Of a stretch of DNA of 38,573 nt, positions 27,306-37,886 are shown one piece after another. Made by a program: the position numbers and the translations under genes. Every line of letters begins with the position of its first letter. Position 1 is the stretch's first letter. The stretch comes from Heterodontus francisci. Taxonomy: Eukaryota. The DNA is taken from positions 496,001 through 534,573 of the forward strand of contig NW_027142325.1 of the NCBI RefSeq assembly GCF_036365525.1, given 5' to 3'. The notes under the pieces were generated by a model. That model saw nothing but the letters and a program-made list of their open reading frames with translations, ran no database searches and had not been told where the DNA came from.

Positions 27306-27689
27306 AGGTTTCTGCTAATGGTTGGACAATGAGCGCTGCGGATGATGTGAGTGTTGAGGAAGGAGGGTCCGCTGTCTTGCCGTGTACTTTCACTCACCCA
27401 CACCCTGATCAGACGGTCACCGGCTCTGTGATATGGTACAAAGGCCGTTACAATGTTATTTTTAAGTGTACATATTCTGGTCCAGGCCATTCACAGAGTG
27501 AGCTGTGTGAGAATGTGATACAGCAGGACGGCGGGAATCGATTCAGATTCGTGGGGAACTTCAGTAACAAAGATGTCTCAATAATGATGGAGCGGCTGAT
27601 CCGGGCGGACAGCGGTCCTTATCAGTGTCGTGTGGAGCTCAATATTGGAAATATTAATGTACTGAAACTAACGAGTCTGAGAGTGGAAG
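27306..27689 (+). CDS. Internal exon: Ig V-set domain 1 of a Siglec-15-like protein
   Basis: Acceptor (CT)n-cacag| and donor G|gtgagg, phase 1-1, no stops. WTMS..EEGGSAVLPCTFTHPH..IW..FKC..SELC..RFRFVGN..D..YQCRVEL matches the Siglec-15 pattern (AVLPCTFTHPH, FRC, SELC, YFCRVEF). The essential Arg codon CGT is at 27629-27631. Confidence 0.9.
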
Positions 27690-27714
27690 GTGAGGAACAA
27701 TGTTCAGGGGCTGC

Positions 27715-27960
27715 AGCTGCCCCGATAGCTCAATGGCTAAAGACTCCACCTGGTCTGGTCCTGAACCACACGGGTAAATAAACTCTCAGCAATCCCGGGA
27801 TTTGAAAGGGGAATATTGCCCGGGATTCCTGCTCCTGATCACTCTCCAGACACTCCTGCTGGAAGGTGTCTTATTGGACATTGAATAAGACAATGGGCCA
27901 GCATGTGATGCTCTCCACAGTCAAATAGTCCATTGCCACTCATTGACCAGGCTTGTGCTG
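27715..27960 (+). mobile_element. Degenerate LF-SINE-like element in the intron
   Basis: tRNA-like head atagctcaatgg. Body gggattcctgctcctgatcactctccagacactcctgctggaag..tgtgatgctctccacagtcaaatag resembles the LF-SINE consensus as recalled. Confidence 0.6.
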
Positions 27961-28299
27961 TAAGGAAGGCCATCTGGGTGAGATCAGTAATAATATTTTA
28001 GGATAATGAGCTATTTCAGTTTGGACATTGGGTAAGTGCAGCATGTCCATCTCAGTCTCAGTGCTGTAGGCCTGCAGTGTCCAGCTCAAAGCTGATTGGA
28101 CCTGTTCCACCACTTCATATATTCTCAGTGGAGAATTGGCGGGTGGATCACAGGGAGACGATGTCAATTGGGTAATTGCTGCTCAGCTCACACTTCAGGG
28201 CAGTACCGAGGGAGTGCTGCACTCGCTGAGGTGCCATTAGCTGCACTTTAACCTTCCTCCGATGTTGCCCCGCACGTCGATTGAATCTTCTGGGCATTT

Positions 28300-28535
28300 C
28301 TGGGACCAATGGGAAATGATATTTAACCGAGACAAATGCAGTGTGATGCGGGTAGGTAGGATCAACACGGAATTCACTGAACATTTACAGGGAATAATAC
28401 AGAAAGTGGCTGAGAGAGAAAAGGATCGAGACTGTTAATGTACACACATCACTCAAAATTCACAACCAATGCAGTGAAGCCATTGACAAAACAAACAGGG
28501 CATTGGGTTGTATTAACAAAACCATTCAGTACAAG
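28300..28535 (+). mobile_element. Ancient CR1-group LINE fragment
   Basis: caatgggaaatgatatttaaccgagacaaatgcagtgtgatg (QWEMIFNRDKCSVM), followed by ALGCINKTIQYKS. Confidence 0.55.
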
Positions 28536-28774
28536 TCAAACCACTTCCCACTTTCTGCTAGTCTGAGAAACGTCCCTGACCTCTTACCCTCTGTTTCCTG
28601 TTTTGTCACCATCTTTCAATCTGTTCTGCTACCCGGCCTCCTGAGCCCACAATCCCTGGGATCTCCACTGGCTGAGTACTACACTGGGCAATGCCTCTAC
28701 CTACTGGACCACAGGGAGAGCTCAGAACTGAAATAAATTAAAGTTCTCATCAAGACCTGGATTTTGCTGCCTCA

Positions 28775-28964
28775 CTGTGTGGTGGAGGGAGGTTCAATTG
28801 AAACATTTAAAAGGGAATTAGATTGAAATAAAGGAAGAATGTGCAGGGTTTTGGGGAGAAGGCGGGGGGAATAGCAGGAAGTGAATTGCTCTTTCGGTGA
28901 GCCGGTGCAGACATGTTGGGCTGAATGGTCTCCTTCTGCAGTGTAGCAATTCTGTGATCTGTGA
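28775..28964 (+). mobile_element. CR1 3' end fragment ending just upstream of the exon-2 acceptor
   Basis: Reverse complement of the 3' end at 285-470. The tail reads aattctgtgatctgtga. Confidence 0.8.
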
Positions 28965-29001
28965 AGACACTGATCCATTCTAATGTCTGTCCTTTCCTCA
29001 G

Positions 29002-29352
29002 CTGCTAGTGGAAATGTCTCAGTGGTGACTGGGACCGAGGGAGCTTCAGTTACATTGCCCTGTATGTTCACACCCAGGAGTTACCGCACCCTGTCCACTG
29101 TTACATGGATGAGGAAGGAGCCCTACCAACACATAGTCCCATTCAGAGCCCAATCAAATGGATCTTGGACAACTGCAAATGGTGGAAATCGGTACGAGCT
29201 CATCGGGAATCCACAGGAGGGAAACGCCTCAACCAGGATAAACCAGCTGAGTGTGAATGACAATCACCCTTACCTGTGTCTGGTGGAATACACATCATTG
29301 GACAATTATCAACATCTGATCCAGACTGAGACACAGCTGCTGGTTGTACATG
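29002..29352 (+). CDS. Internal exon: Ig V-set domain 2 of a Siglec-15-like protein (lacks the essential Arg)
   Basis: Acceptor cctttcctcag| and donor G|gtaaga, phase 1-1, in frame with exon 1 (G+CT=Ala). TEGASVTLPCMFT..VTWMRKEPY..RYELIGNP..D..YLCLVEY..TQLLVV has the canonical B-strand Cys, C-strand Trp and F-strand Cys. Confidence 0.88.
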
Positions 29353-29431
29353 GTAAGAAACCATTCCCACATTCTCCAGTGTATCGAGGTTGTACAGTGA
29401 GGGTGAGCGGTGTAATATAAAACACTCATCA

Positions 29432-29735
29432 GCTGTGGCTCAGTGGTTATCACTCTCACCTCTGAGTCAGTCGGTTGTGGGTTCAAGACACTCCAATGCA
29501 ATACTGATGGAATGTGACACTGTTTAAGGTACTGTGTATGAGAAGAGATATTAAAGTAAGGCCTTATCTGGAAGAGTATGGGAGTTGACCTAATGTCCTG
29601 GTCAATATTTATCTCTGAACCAACATCATCAAACCATAGTCTGATAATTATCTCATTGCTGTTTATGGGATCTTGCTGTGTGCAAATTATCTGCTGTGTA
29701 TCCTGCATTAAAACAGTGACTACACTTCAAAAACA
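29432..29735 (+). mobile_element. tRNA-derived Deu-domain SINE
   Basis: Head ctgtggctcagtggttatcactctcacctctgagtcag..gggttcaag. 3' part tctcattgctgtttatgggatcttgctgtgtgcaaat..acagtgactacacttcaaaa. Confidence 0.8.
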
Positions 29736-29749
29736 AAGTTCTGTCATTC

Positions 29750-30024
29750 ACTGACTTCCTGGCTGACCTGCATCTTAACTCCATTTAATGAACTTGTTTC
29801 TGGAACCCTTCCTACCCTTGTCGAACAAAATCTATCAATCTCAGTGTTGAAATTTTCAATACATTCCCAGCATCAATAGCTTTTCCAGGGAGAGTTTCAG
29901 ATTTCCATTATCCTTTGTGTGAAGAAGTCCTTCCTGACATCACCCCAAACAGCCTAGCTCTAATTTGAAGGTTATGGCCCCTTGTTCTGGACTCTCCCAC
30001 CAGAGGAAATAGTTTCTCTCTATC
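29750..30024 (-). mobile_element. Old CR1 3' fragment
   Basis: Reverse strand resembles CR1 ORF2 C-terminus (tttcctctggtgggagagtccagaacaagggg, ttcttcacacaaag). Confidence 0.7.
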
Positions 30025-31828
30025 TGTCCGGTGCCAGGGATCGGGACATCGGCTCAGGGCTGGAGAGGAACTTGCAGTGGGAGGGGGAGGATCCAGTTGT
30101 CATCATCCCCATGGGTACCAACAACGTATTTATAGAACCAGGAAAAAGGTTCTGCAAAGCGAGTATGAGCAGCTAGAAGCTAAATTAAAAAGCAGGACCA
30201 CAAAGGAAATAACCTCTGGGGTATTACCTGAGCCACGAGCAAATTGGCGGAGGGTAAATAAGATTAGATAGTTAAATGCATCGCTCAAAGAGTGATGAGG
30301 GAGAACTGGGTTTTGATTTCTGGGGCACTGGCACCTGTACTGGGGAATGTGGGAGCTGTACCGTTGGCACGGTCTTCATCTGAACCATGTTGGGACCAGT
30401 GTTCTGTCGAGTCATATAACTAGGGCAGTAAAGAGGGCTTTTACACTAAAAGGAAGGATGAATGAGAATGGACAGAGACTGCTTGAGTTGTGTACCTATC
30501 ATAACCTCTGCATCACCAACTTGTTCTTTCACACTAAACCCTGTCACCAGGTTTCTTGGAGGCACCCAAGATCACGTCGTTGGCACCAGCTGGACCTCAT
30601 CGTCACAAGGCGAGCCTCTCTAAACAGCGTTCAAATCACACGCAGCTTCCACAGTGCGGACTGCAACACTGACCACTCCCTGGTGTGCAGCAAAGTTAGA
30701 CTCAAATCAAAAAAGCTGCATCACTCCAAGCAGTAGGGCCGCCCGCGCATCAACACGAGCAGAATTTCTTATCCACAGCTGTTACATAAGTTTCTAAATT
30801 CACTTGAAAAAGCCCTTCAAAACACTCCCACAGGGGATGCAGAGACCATGTGGGCCCGCATCAGAGACGCCATCTATGACTCAGCAATGACCACCTATGG
30901 CAAACGTGTGAAGCAGAATGCAGACTGGTTTCAATCTCACTTTGAAGAGCTGGAACCTGTCATAGCTGCTAAGCGCATTGCACTGTTGAACGACAAGAAA
31001 GCCCCCAGCGCGTTAACATCCATAGCACTTAAAGCAGCCAGAAGCACTGCACAAAGAACAGCCAGGCGCTGCGCAAATGACTACTGGCAACACCTATGCA
31101 GTCATATTCAGCTGGCCTCTGACACCGGAAACATCAGAGGAATGTATGATGGCATTAAGAGAGCTTTTGGACCAACCATCAAGAAGATCGCCCCCCGTCA
31201 AATCTAAATCAGGGGACACAATCACTGACCAACGCAAGCAAATGGACCGCTGGGTTGAGCACTACCTAGAACTGTACTCCAGGGAAAATGTTGTCACTGA
31301 GACCATCCTCAATGCAGCCCAGTCTCTGCCAGTCATGGATGAGCTGGATGTACAGCCATCAAAATCGGAACTCAGTGATGCCATTGATCCTTTAGTCAAC
31401 GGAAAAGCCCCTGGGAAGGATGGCATTACCCCTGAAATAATCAAGAGTGCCAAGACTGCTATACTTTCAGCACTGTACAAACTGCTTTGCCTCTGCTGGG
31501 ACGAGGGAGCAGTACCACATGACATGCGCGATGCCAATATCATCAACCTCTGTAAGAACAAGGGTGACCGCGGTGACTGCAACAACTACCGTGGAATCTC
31601 CCTGCTCAGCATAGTGGGGATAGTCTTCGCTCGAGTTGCTTTAAACAGGCTCCAGAAGCTGGCTGAGCGTGTCTACCCTGAGGCAGAGTGTGGCTTTCGA
31701 GCACAGAGATCCACCACTGACATAATAATATAAAAGCAAAATACTGCGGATGCTGGAAATCTGAAACAAAAACAAGAAATGCTGGATTCACTCAGCAGGT
31801 CTGGCAGCATCTGTGGAAAGAGAAGCAG

Positions 31829-31865
31829 AGTTAATGTTTCGGGTCAGTGACCCTTCTTCGGAACT
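31829..31865 (-). ncRNA. Putative minimal hammerhead ribozyme in the Penelope terminal repeat
   Basis: The - strand reads AGUU CCGAAGA A GGGUC-ACU-GACCC GAAA CAUU AACU: stem I, CUGANGA-like core with U4C, stem II, GAAA. Minimal hammerheads are an established feature of Penelope pLTRs. Confidence 0.55.
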
Positions 31866-32245
31866 GACAAATATTAGAAAAGTCACAGATTATAAACAAG
31901 TGAGGTGGGGGTTGGGCAAGAGATAACAAAGGAGAAGGTGCAGATTGGACCAGGCCACATAGCTGACCAAAAGGTCACGGAGCAAAGGCAAACAATATGT
32001 TAATGGTGTTTTGAAAGACAAAGCATTAGTACAGATTAGGTGTGAATATACTGAATATAGAACATCAGCAAGTGCAAACCTGAAGAAAAACAACCTGAAA
32101 AAAACAGTGGGTAAGCAAACTGAATAAACTAAGATGAAATGAAATAAATGCAAAAAAAGATTGTAAAAAATGTAAAAAGGAATGCAAAAAAAAGGAAGAA
32201 AAAATAACTAAAAATGACTAAAAATGAAAGTAAAGTGGGGGGCTG

Positions 32246-33409
32246 TCATGCTCTGAAATTATTGAACTCAATGTTCAGTCCGGCAGGCTGTAGTGTGCCT
32301 AATCGGTAGATGAGATGCTGTTCCTCGAGCTTGCGTTGATGTTCACTGGAACACTGCAGCAATCCCAGGACAGAGATGTGAGCATGAGAGCAGGGGGGAG
32401 TGTTGAAATGGCAAGCAACCGGAAGCTCAGGGTCCTGCTTGCGGACTGAGCGGAGATGTTCCGCAAAGCGGACACCCAGTCTGCGCTTGGTCTCCCCAAT
32501 GTAGAGGAGACCACACTGTGAGCAGCGAATACAGTATACTACATTGAAAGAAGTACAAGTAAATCGCTGCTTCACCTGAAAGGAGTGTTTGGGGCCTGGG
32601 ATAGTGAGGAGAGAGGAGGTAAATGGGCAGGTATTACACCTCCTGCGACTGCAGGGGAAGGTGCCCTGGGACGGGGACGAGGTGGTGGGGGTAATGGAGG
32701 AGTGGACCAGGGTGTCGCGGAGGGAACGATCCCTTCGGAATGCTGACAGGGGAAGGGAGGGGAAGATGCGACTGGTAGTGGCATCATGCTGGAGGTGGCG
32801 AAAATGGCGGAGGATGATCCTTTGGATATGGAGGCTGGTGGGATGAAAAGTGAGGACAAGGGGAACCCTGTCACGGTTCTGGGAGGGAGGGGAAGGGGTG
32901 AGGGTAGAGGTGCGGGGAATGGGTCGGACACGGTTGAGGGCCCTGTCAACCACAGTGGGGGGAAATCCTCGGTTGAGGAAAAAGGAGGTCATATCAGAAG
33001 CACCGTCATGGAAGGTAGCATCATCAGAGCAGATGCGTCGGAGACGGAGAAACTGGGAGAATGGAATGGAGTCCTTACAGGAGGTAGGGTGTGAAGAAGT
33101 GTAGTCGAGGTAGCTGTGGGAGTCAGTGGGCTTATAATGGATATTAGTAGATAACCTATCCCCAGAGATGGAAACAGAGAAGTCGAGGAAGGGAAGGGAA
33201 GTGTCAGAGATGGACCATGTAAAGGTGAGAGAAGGGTGGAAATTGGAAGCAAAGTTGATAAAGTTTTCTAGTTCGGGGCGGGAGCAGGAAACGGCACCGA
33301 TACAGTCATCAATGTACCGGAAAAAGAGTTGGGGGAGGGGGCCTGAGTAGGACTGGAACAAAGAATGCTCGACATATCCCACAAAAAGACAGGCATAACT
33401 AGGACCCAT
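32246..33409 (-). CDS. Penelope RT C-terminal half, Cys-rich linker and GIY-YIG endonuclease (truncated, uninterrupted 387 aa)
   Basis: MGPSYACLF, FFRYIDD, FLD, YKPTD..SSHP, PFSQFLRLRRICS, CxxxRCxxC, VVYCIRCSQCGLLYIGETKR..RFAEH, GLN. Confidence 0.9.
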   Translation of the reverse strand: MGPSYACLFVGYVEHSLFQSYSGPLPQLFFRYIDDCIGAVSCSRPELENFINFASNFHPSLTFTWSISDTSLPFLDFSVSISGDRLSTNIHYKPTDSHSYLDYTSSHPTSCKDSIPFSQFLRLRRICSDDATFHDGASDMTSFFLNRGFPPTVVDRALNRVRPIPRTSTLTPSPPSQNRDRVPLVLTFHPTSLHIQRIILRHFRHLQHDATTSRIFPSLPLSAFRRDRSLRDTLVHSSITPTTSSPSQGTFPCSRRRCNTCPFTSSLLTIPGPKHSFQVKQRFTCTSFNVVYCIRCSQCGLLYIGETKRRLGVRFAEHLRSVRKQDPELPVACHFNTPPCSHAHISVLGLLQCSSEHQRKLEEQHLIYRLGTLQPAGLNIEFNNFRA

Positions 33410-36400
33410 GCGGGTCCACCACTGACATGCTGTTCTCTCTTCGCCAGCTACAGGAGAAATGCCGCAAACAACAGATGCCCCTCTACGTTGCTTTCATTGA
33501 TCTCACCAAAGCCTTTGACCTCATCAGCAGACGTGGTCTCTTCAGACTACTAGAAAAGATCGGATGTCCACCAAAGCTACTAAGTATCATCACCTCATTC
33601 CATGACAATATGAAAGGCACAATTCAACATAGCGGCGCCTCATCAGACCCCTTTCCTATCCTGAGTGGCGTGAAACAGGGCTGTGTTCTCACACCCACAC
33701 TGTTTGAGATCGTCTTCTCCCTGCTGCTCTCTCATGTGTTCAAGTCTTCAGAAGAAGGAATTTTTCTCCACGCAAGAGCAGATGGCAGGTTGTTCAACCT
33801 TGCCCGTCTAAGAGCGAAGACCAAAGTACGGAAAGTCCTCATCAGAGAACTCCTCTTTGCTGACGATGCTACATTAACATCCCACACAGAAGAGTGTCTG
33901 CAGAGTCTCATTGACAGGTTTGCGGCTGCTTGCAACGAATTTGGCCTAACCATCAGCCTCAAGAAAACGAACATCATGGGACAGGACGTCAGAAATGCTC
34001 CATCCATCAATATCAGTGACCATGCTCTGGAAGTGGTTCAAGAGTTCACCTACCTAGGCTCAACTATCACCAGTAACCTGTCTCTCGATGCAGAAATCAA
34101 CAAGCGCATGGGAAAGGCTTCCACTGCTATGTCCAGACTGGCCAAGAGAATGTGGGAAAATGGCGCACTGACACGGAACACAAAAGTCCGAGTGTATCAA
34201 GCCTGTGTCCTCAGTACCTTGCTCTACGGCAGCGAGGCCTGGACAATGTATGTCAGCCAAGACCGACGTCTCAATTCATTCCATCTTTGCTGCCTCCGGA
34301 GAATCCTTGGCATCAGGTGGCAGGACCGTATCTCCAACACAGAAGTGTTCGAGGTGGCCAACATCCCCAGCTTATACACACCACTGAGCCAGCGGCGCTT
34401 GAGATGGCTTGGCCATGTGAGCCGCATGGAAGATGGCAGGATCCCCAAGGACACATTGTACAGCGAGATCGTCACTGGTATCAGACCCACCAGCCGTCCA
34501 TGTCACCGCTTTAAAGATGTCTGCAAACGCGACATGAAGTCCTGTGACATTATTCACAAGTCGTGGGAGTCAGTTGCCAGCGATCGCCAGAGCTGGCGGG
34601 CAGCCATAAAGGCGGGGCTAAAGCGTGGCGAGTCGAAGAGACTTAGCAGTTGGCCGGAAAAAGAACAGAAGCGCAAGGAGAGAGCCAACTGTGTAACAGC
34701 CCCGACAACCAATTTTATCTGCAGCGCCTGTGGAAGAGTCTGTCACTCTAGAATTGGCCTTTATAGCCACTCCAGGCGCTGCTCCACAAACCACTGACCA
34801 CCTCCAGGCGCTTACCCATTGTCTCTCGAGACAAGTAGGCCAAAGAGTGGGGGGAAGAGATCATGTGAGAGGAGATGTGGTAAATCAAATGAAAACGATA
34901 AGGTAATAGAGCAGAGTGGCGAATTAAGTAATGATAACCAGAGTGTGGCAGGAAGGAACATGGCATACAAGCTTAAGAGTGTACCAGCAGAGAAGACCAG
35001 AGATGGCAGAAATGGTATAAAGAGAGAGTTAAAGGCGCTGTATCTGAATGCACACAGCATTCGTAATGAACAGTTGCTACACTGTATGACAGAGTATACA
35101 GGAAGAAATAAATGGGGCCTGTAAGAAAGGTACTGCAATCACATGGGTGATTTTAATCTATATAGATTGGACGAATCAGATTGGCAAATGTTGCTTGAAA
35201 AATGAGTTCACAGAGTGTATTTCGGACAATTTCACAGAGCAGTACGTTCTGGAACCAACTAGGGAGCATGCTATTCTAGACCTGGTAATGTGCAATCAGA
35301 CAGGATTGGTCATTAACCTCATGGTAAAGGAGCCTCTAGGTGACAGTGATTATAACATGAGAGAATTTCACATTCAGTTTGAAGGGGAGATGTGTGGGCC
35401 TAAGACTAGTGTTTAAACCTAAATAAAGGTAAATACAAGAGTATGCCAGCAAAAAATATAAAATCAGACTGTAAAAGCTTCTACAGGTACGTAAAAAGGA
35501 AAAAGACAAATGTGGGTCCATTACAGGCAGAGTCAGGACAATTTATAATGGGGAATAGAGAAATGGCAGAGAAGCTAAATAATTATTTTGTGTCTGTCTT
35601 CACTGAGGAAGATATAAGAAATTTCCCAGAATTAGAGATCCAAGGGGTTAGGGGGAATGAGGAATTGAAGGAAATTAGTATTAGTAAGAAGGTTGTATTG
35701 GAGAAATTAATGGGGCTGAAGGTTGATAAGTCCCCAGGACCTGATATTCTACATCCCAGAGTGTTTAAAAAGGTAGCTATGGAGATAGTGGATGCATTGG
35801 TGATCATCTTCCAAAATTCTATAGATTCTGGAGCAATTCCTGCAGATTGGAAGGTTGCAAATGTCATCCCACTATTTAAGAAGGGAGGGAGAGAAAACAG
35901 GGAATTACAGACCTGTTAGCCTTACATCGGTCATTGGGAAAATGCTAGAATCTATTCTAAAGGATGTGATAAATGGACACTTGGATAATAATGATCTGAT
36001 TGAGCATAGTCAACATGGATTTATGAATGGGAAATCATGTTTGATGAACCTGTTGAAGTTTTTTGAGGATGTTACTAACAGAATTGATAAAGCAGAGTGG
36101 TATACCTGGATTTTCAGAAGGCTTTTGATAAAGTCCCCCACAGGAGGTTGTTTAGCAAAATTAAAGCACATGGGATAGGAGGTAATCTACTGGCATGGAT
36201 TAAGGATTGGTTAACAGGCAGAAAGCAGACAGTAGGAATAAACGGGTCATTCCCGTATTGGCAGGCTGTGACTAGTGGGGTACCGCAGGGATCAGTGCTT
36301 GGGCCCCAGCTGTTCACAATATATATCAATGATTTGGATGTGGGCACCATATGTAGTATTTCCAAGTTCACGGATGACACAAAACTAGGTGGGAATGTGT

Positions 36401-36653
36401 GTTGTGAGGAAGATGCAAAGTGGTTTCAAGGGGATTTGAACAGATTTAGTGAGTGGGCAAGAATGTGGCAGATGGAATATAATGTGGAAAAATGTGAGGT
36501 TATCCACTTTGGTAGGAGGAACAGAGGTGTAGAGTATTTCTTAAATGTTAAGTGATTAGAAAGCAATTAGATGTGCAAAGGGACCTGGGTATCCTTGTCA
36601 ATAAGTCAATGAAAGCCAACATGCAGGTTCAGCAAGCAATTAAGAAGGCTAAT

Positions 36654-36872
36654 AAAAACAAGAAATGCTGGAACCACTCAGCAGGTCTGGCAGCATCTGT
36701 GGAAAGAGAAGCAGAGTTAACGTTTCAGGTCAGTGACCCTTCATCGGAACTGGTCACTGACCCGAAACGTTAACTCTGCTTCTCTTTCCACAGATGCTGC
36801 CAGACCTGCTGAGTGGTTCCAGCATTTCTTGTTTTTATTTCAGATTTCCAGCATCCGCAGTATTTTGCTTTT
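36654..36872. mobile_element. Palindromic Penelope terminal-repeat insertion with a 15-bp TSD
   Basis: TSD attaagaaggctaat at 36639-36653 and 36873-36887. Arms 36651-36738 and 36752-36839 are inverted repeats with one mismatch. The sequence matches 31730-31865. Confidence 0.9.
36715..36751 (-). ncRNA. Putative minimal hammerhead ribozyme
   Basis: The - strand reads AGUU CCGAUGA AGGGUCACUGACCU GAAA CGUU AACU, with a palindromic ACGU stem III. Confidence 0.6.
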
Positions 36873-37127
36873 ATTAAGAAGGCTAATGGTAGGTTAGCCT
36901 TTATTGCAAGAGGATTTGATTACAGGAGTAGTGAAGTTTTGTATAGAACCTTGGTTAGACCACACTTGGAATACTATGTGCAGTTTTGGTCCCCTTACCT
37001 TAGGAAAGATATTATTGCAACGAAGATTTACCAGACTAGTTCCTGGGATGGAGGGACTGTCTTATGAAGAGAGATTGGGGAAACTAGGCCTGTATTCTGA
37101 AGAGTTTCAAAGAATGAGAGGTGATCT

Positions 37128-37886
37128 CACACAAGTGCCAGGCATTGACCATCTCCAACAAGAAAGAATCTAACCATCTCCCCTCGATATTCAATGGCAT
37201 TACTGTTGCTGAATCCCTTACTATCAACATTCTGGGGTTACAATTGATCAGAAACTGAACTGAAGTAGCCATACTGTGGCTACAAGAGCAGGTTAGAGGC
37301 TAGGAATCCTGCGGCGAGTAACTCACCTCCTGACTCCCCAAAGCCTATCCACCATCTATAAGGCACAAGTCAGGACTGTGATGGAATACTCTCCACTTGC
37401 CTGGATGGGTGCAGCTCCAACAACACTGAAGAAGCTCGACACCATCCAGGATAAAGCAGCCCGCTTGATTGGCAGCCCATCTACAAATATTCACTCCCTC
37501 CACCACCGATGCACAGTGGCAGCAGTGTATACCATCTACAAGATGCACTGCAGCAATGCACCAAGGCTCCTTAGGCAGCAACTACCAAACCCATGACCTC
37601 TACCAACTAGAAGGACGAGGGCAGCAAATGCATGGGAACACAACCACCTGCAAGTTCTCCTCCAATTCACACACCATCCTGACTTGGAACTATATCGCCA
37701 TTCATTCACTGTCACTGGGTCAAGATCCTGGAACTCCCTAACAGCACTGTGGGTGTACCTACCCCACTTGGACTGCAATGGTTCAAGAAGGCAGCTCACC
37801 ACCACCTTCTCAAAGGCAATTAGGGATGAGCAATAAATGCTGGCCTGGCCAGCGACGCCCACATCCCATGAAAGAATAGAAAAAAA
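37128..37886 (+). mobile_element. 3' fragment of the second CR1-group LINE family nested in CR1-B
   Basis: YKAQVRTVMEYSPLAWMGAAPTTLKKLDTIQDKA. Tail gacgcccacatcccatgaaagaatagaaaaaaa. CR1-B resumes across it (gaggtgat|ctaattgaaacctac). Confidence 0.85.

Larger units (their letters stand above)
31724..33414 (-). mobile_element. 5'-truncated Penelope-like element (Neptune-type) with a 14-bp target-site duplication
   Basis: TSD tccaccactgacat at 31710-31723 and 33415-33428, with (ATT)n at the element 3' end. Removing the insert restores the RTE RT frame (STTDM LFSLRQ). Confidence 0.92.
30451..34846 (+). mobile_element. 5'-truncated RTE-clade LINE, interrupted by a Penelope insertion
   Basis: Endonuclease C-terminus (NENGQRLLELC, HQLDLIV, TDHSLV). 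RT (KAPGKDGI, NYRGISLL, ECGFR | FIDLTKAFD, GVKQGCVL, LFADD). C-terminal C2H2-like motif FICSACGRVCHSRIGLYSH in ORF 33427-34797. Confidence 0.92.

Noticed and set aside
27306-29352. Rearranging Ig/TCR/IgNAR V segments
   Set aside because: Both exons include the G strand and end in splice donors with no RSS. The motifs match Siglec-15-type V-set domains.
7820-29735. tRNA genes at A/B-box motifs
   Set aside because: All are SINE heads followed by SINE bodies and do not form complete cloverleaves.
32299-33350. Multiple overlapping ORFs on both strands
   Set aside because: They are shadow frames of the GC-rich Penelope ORF.
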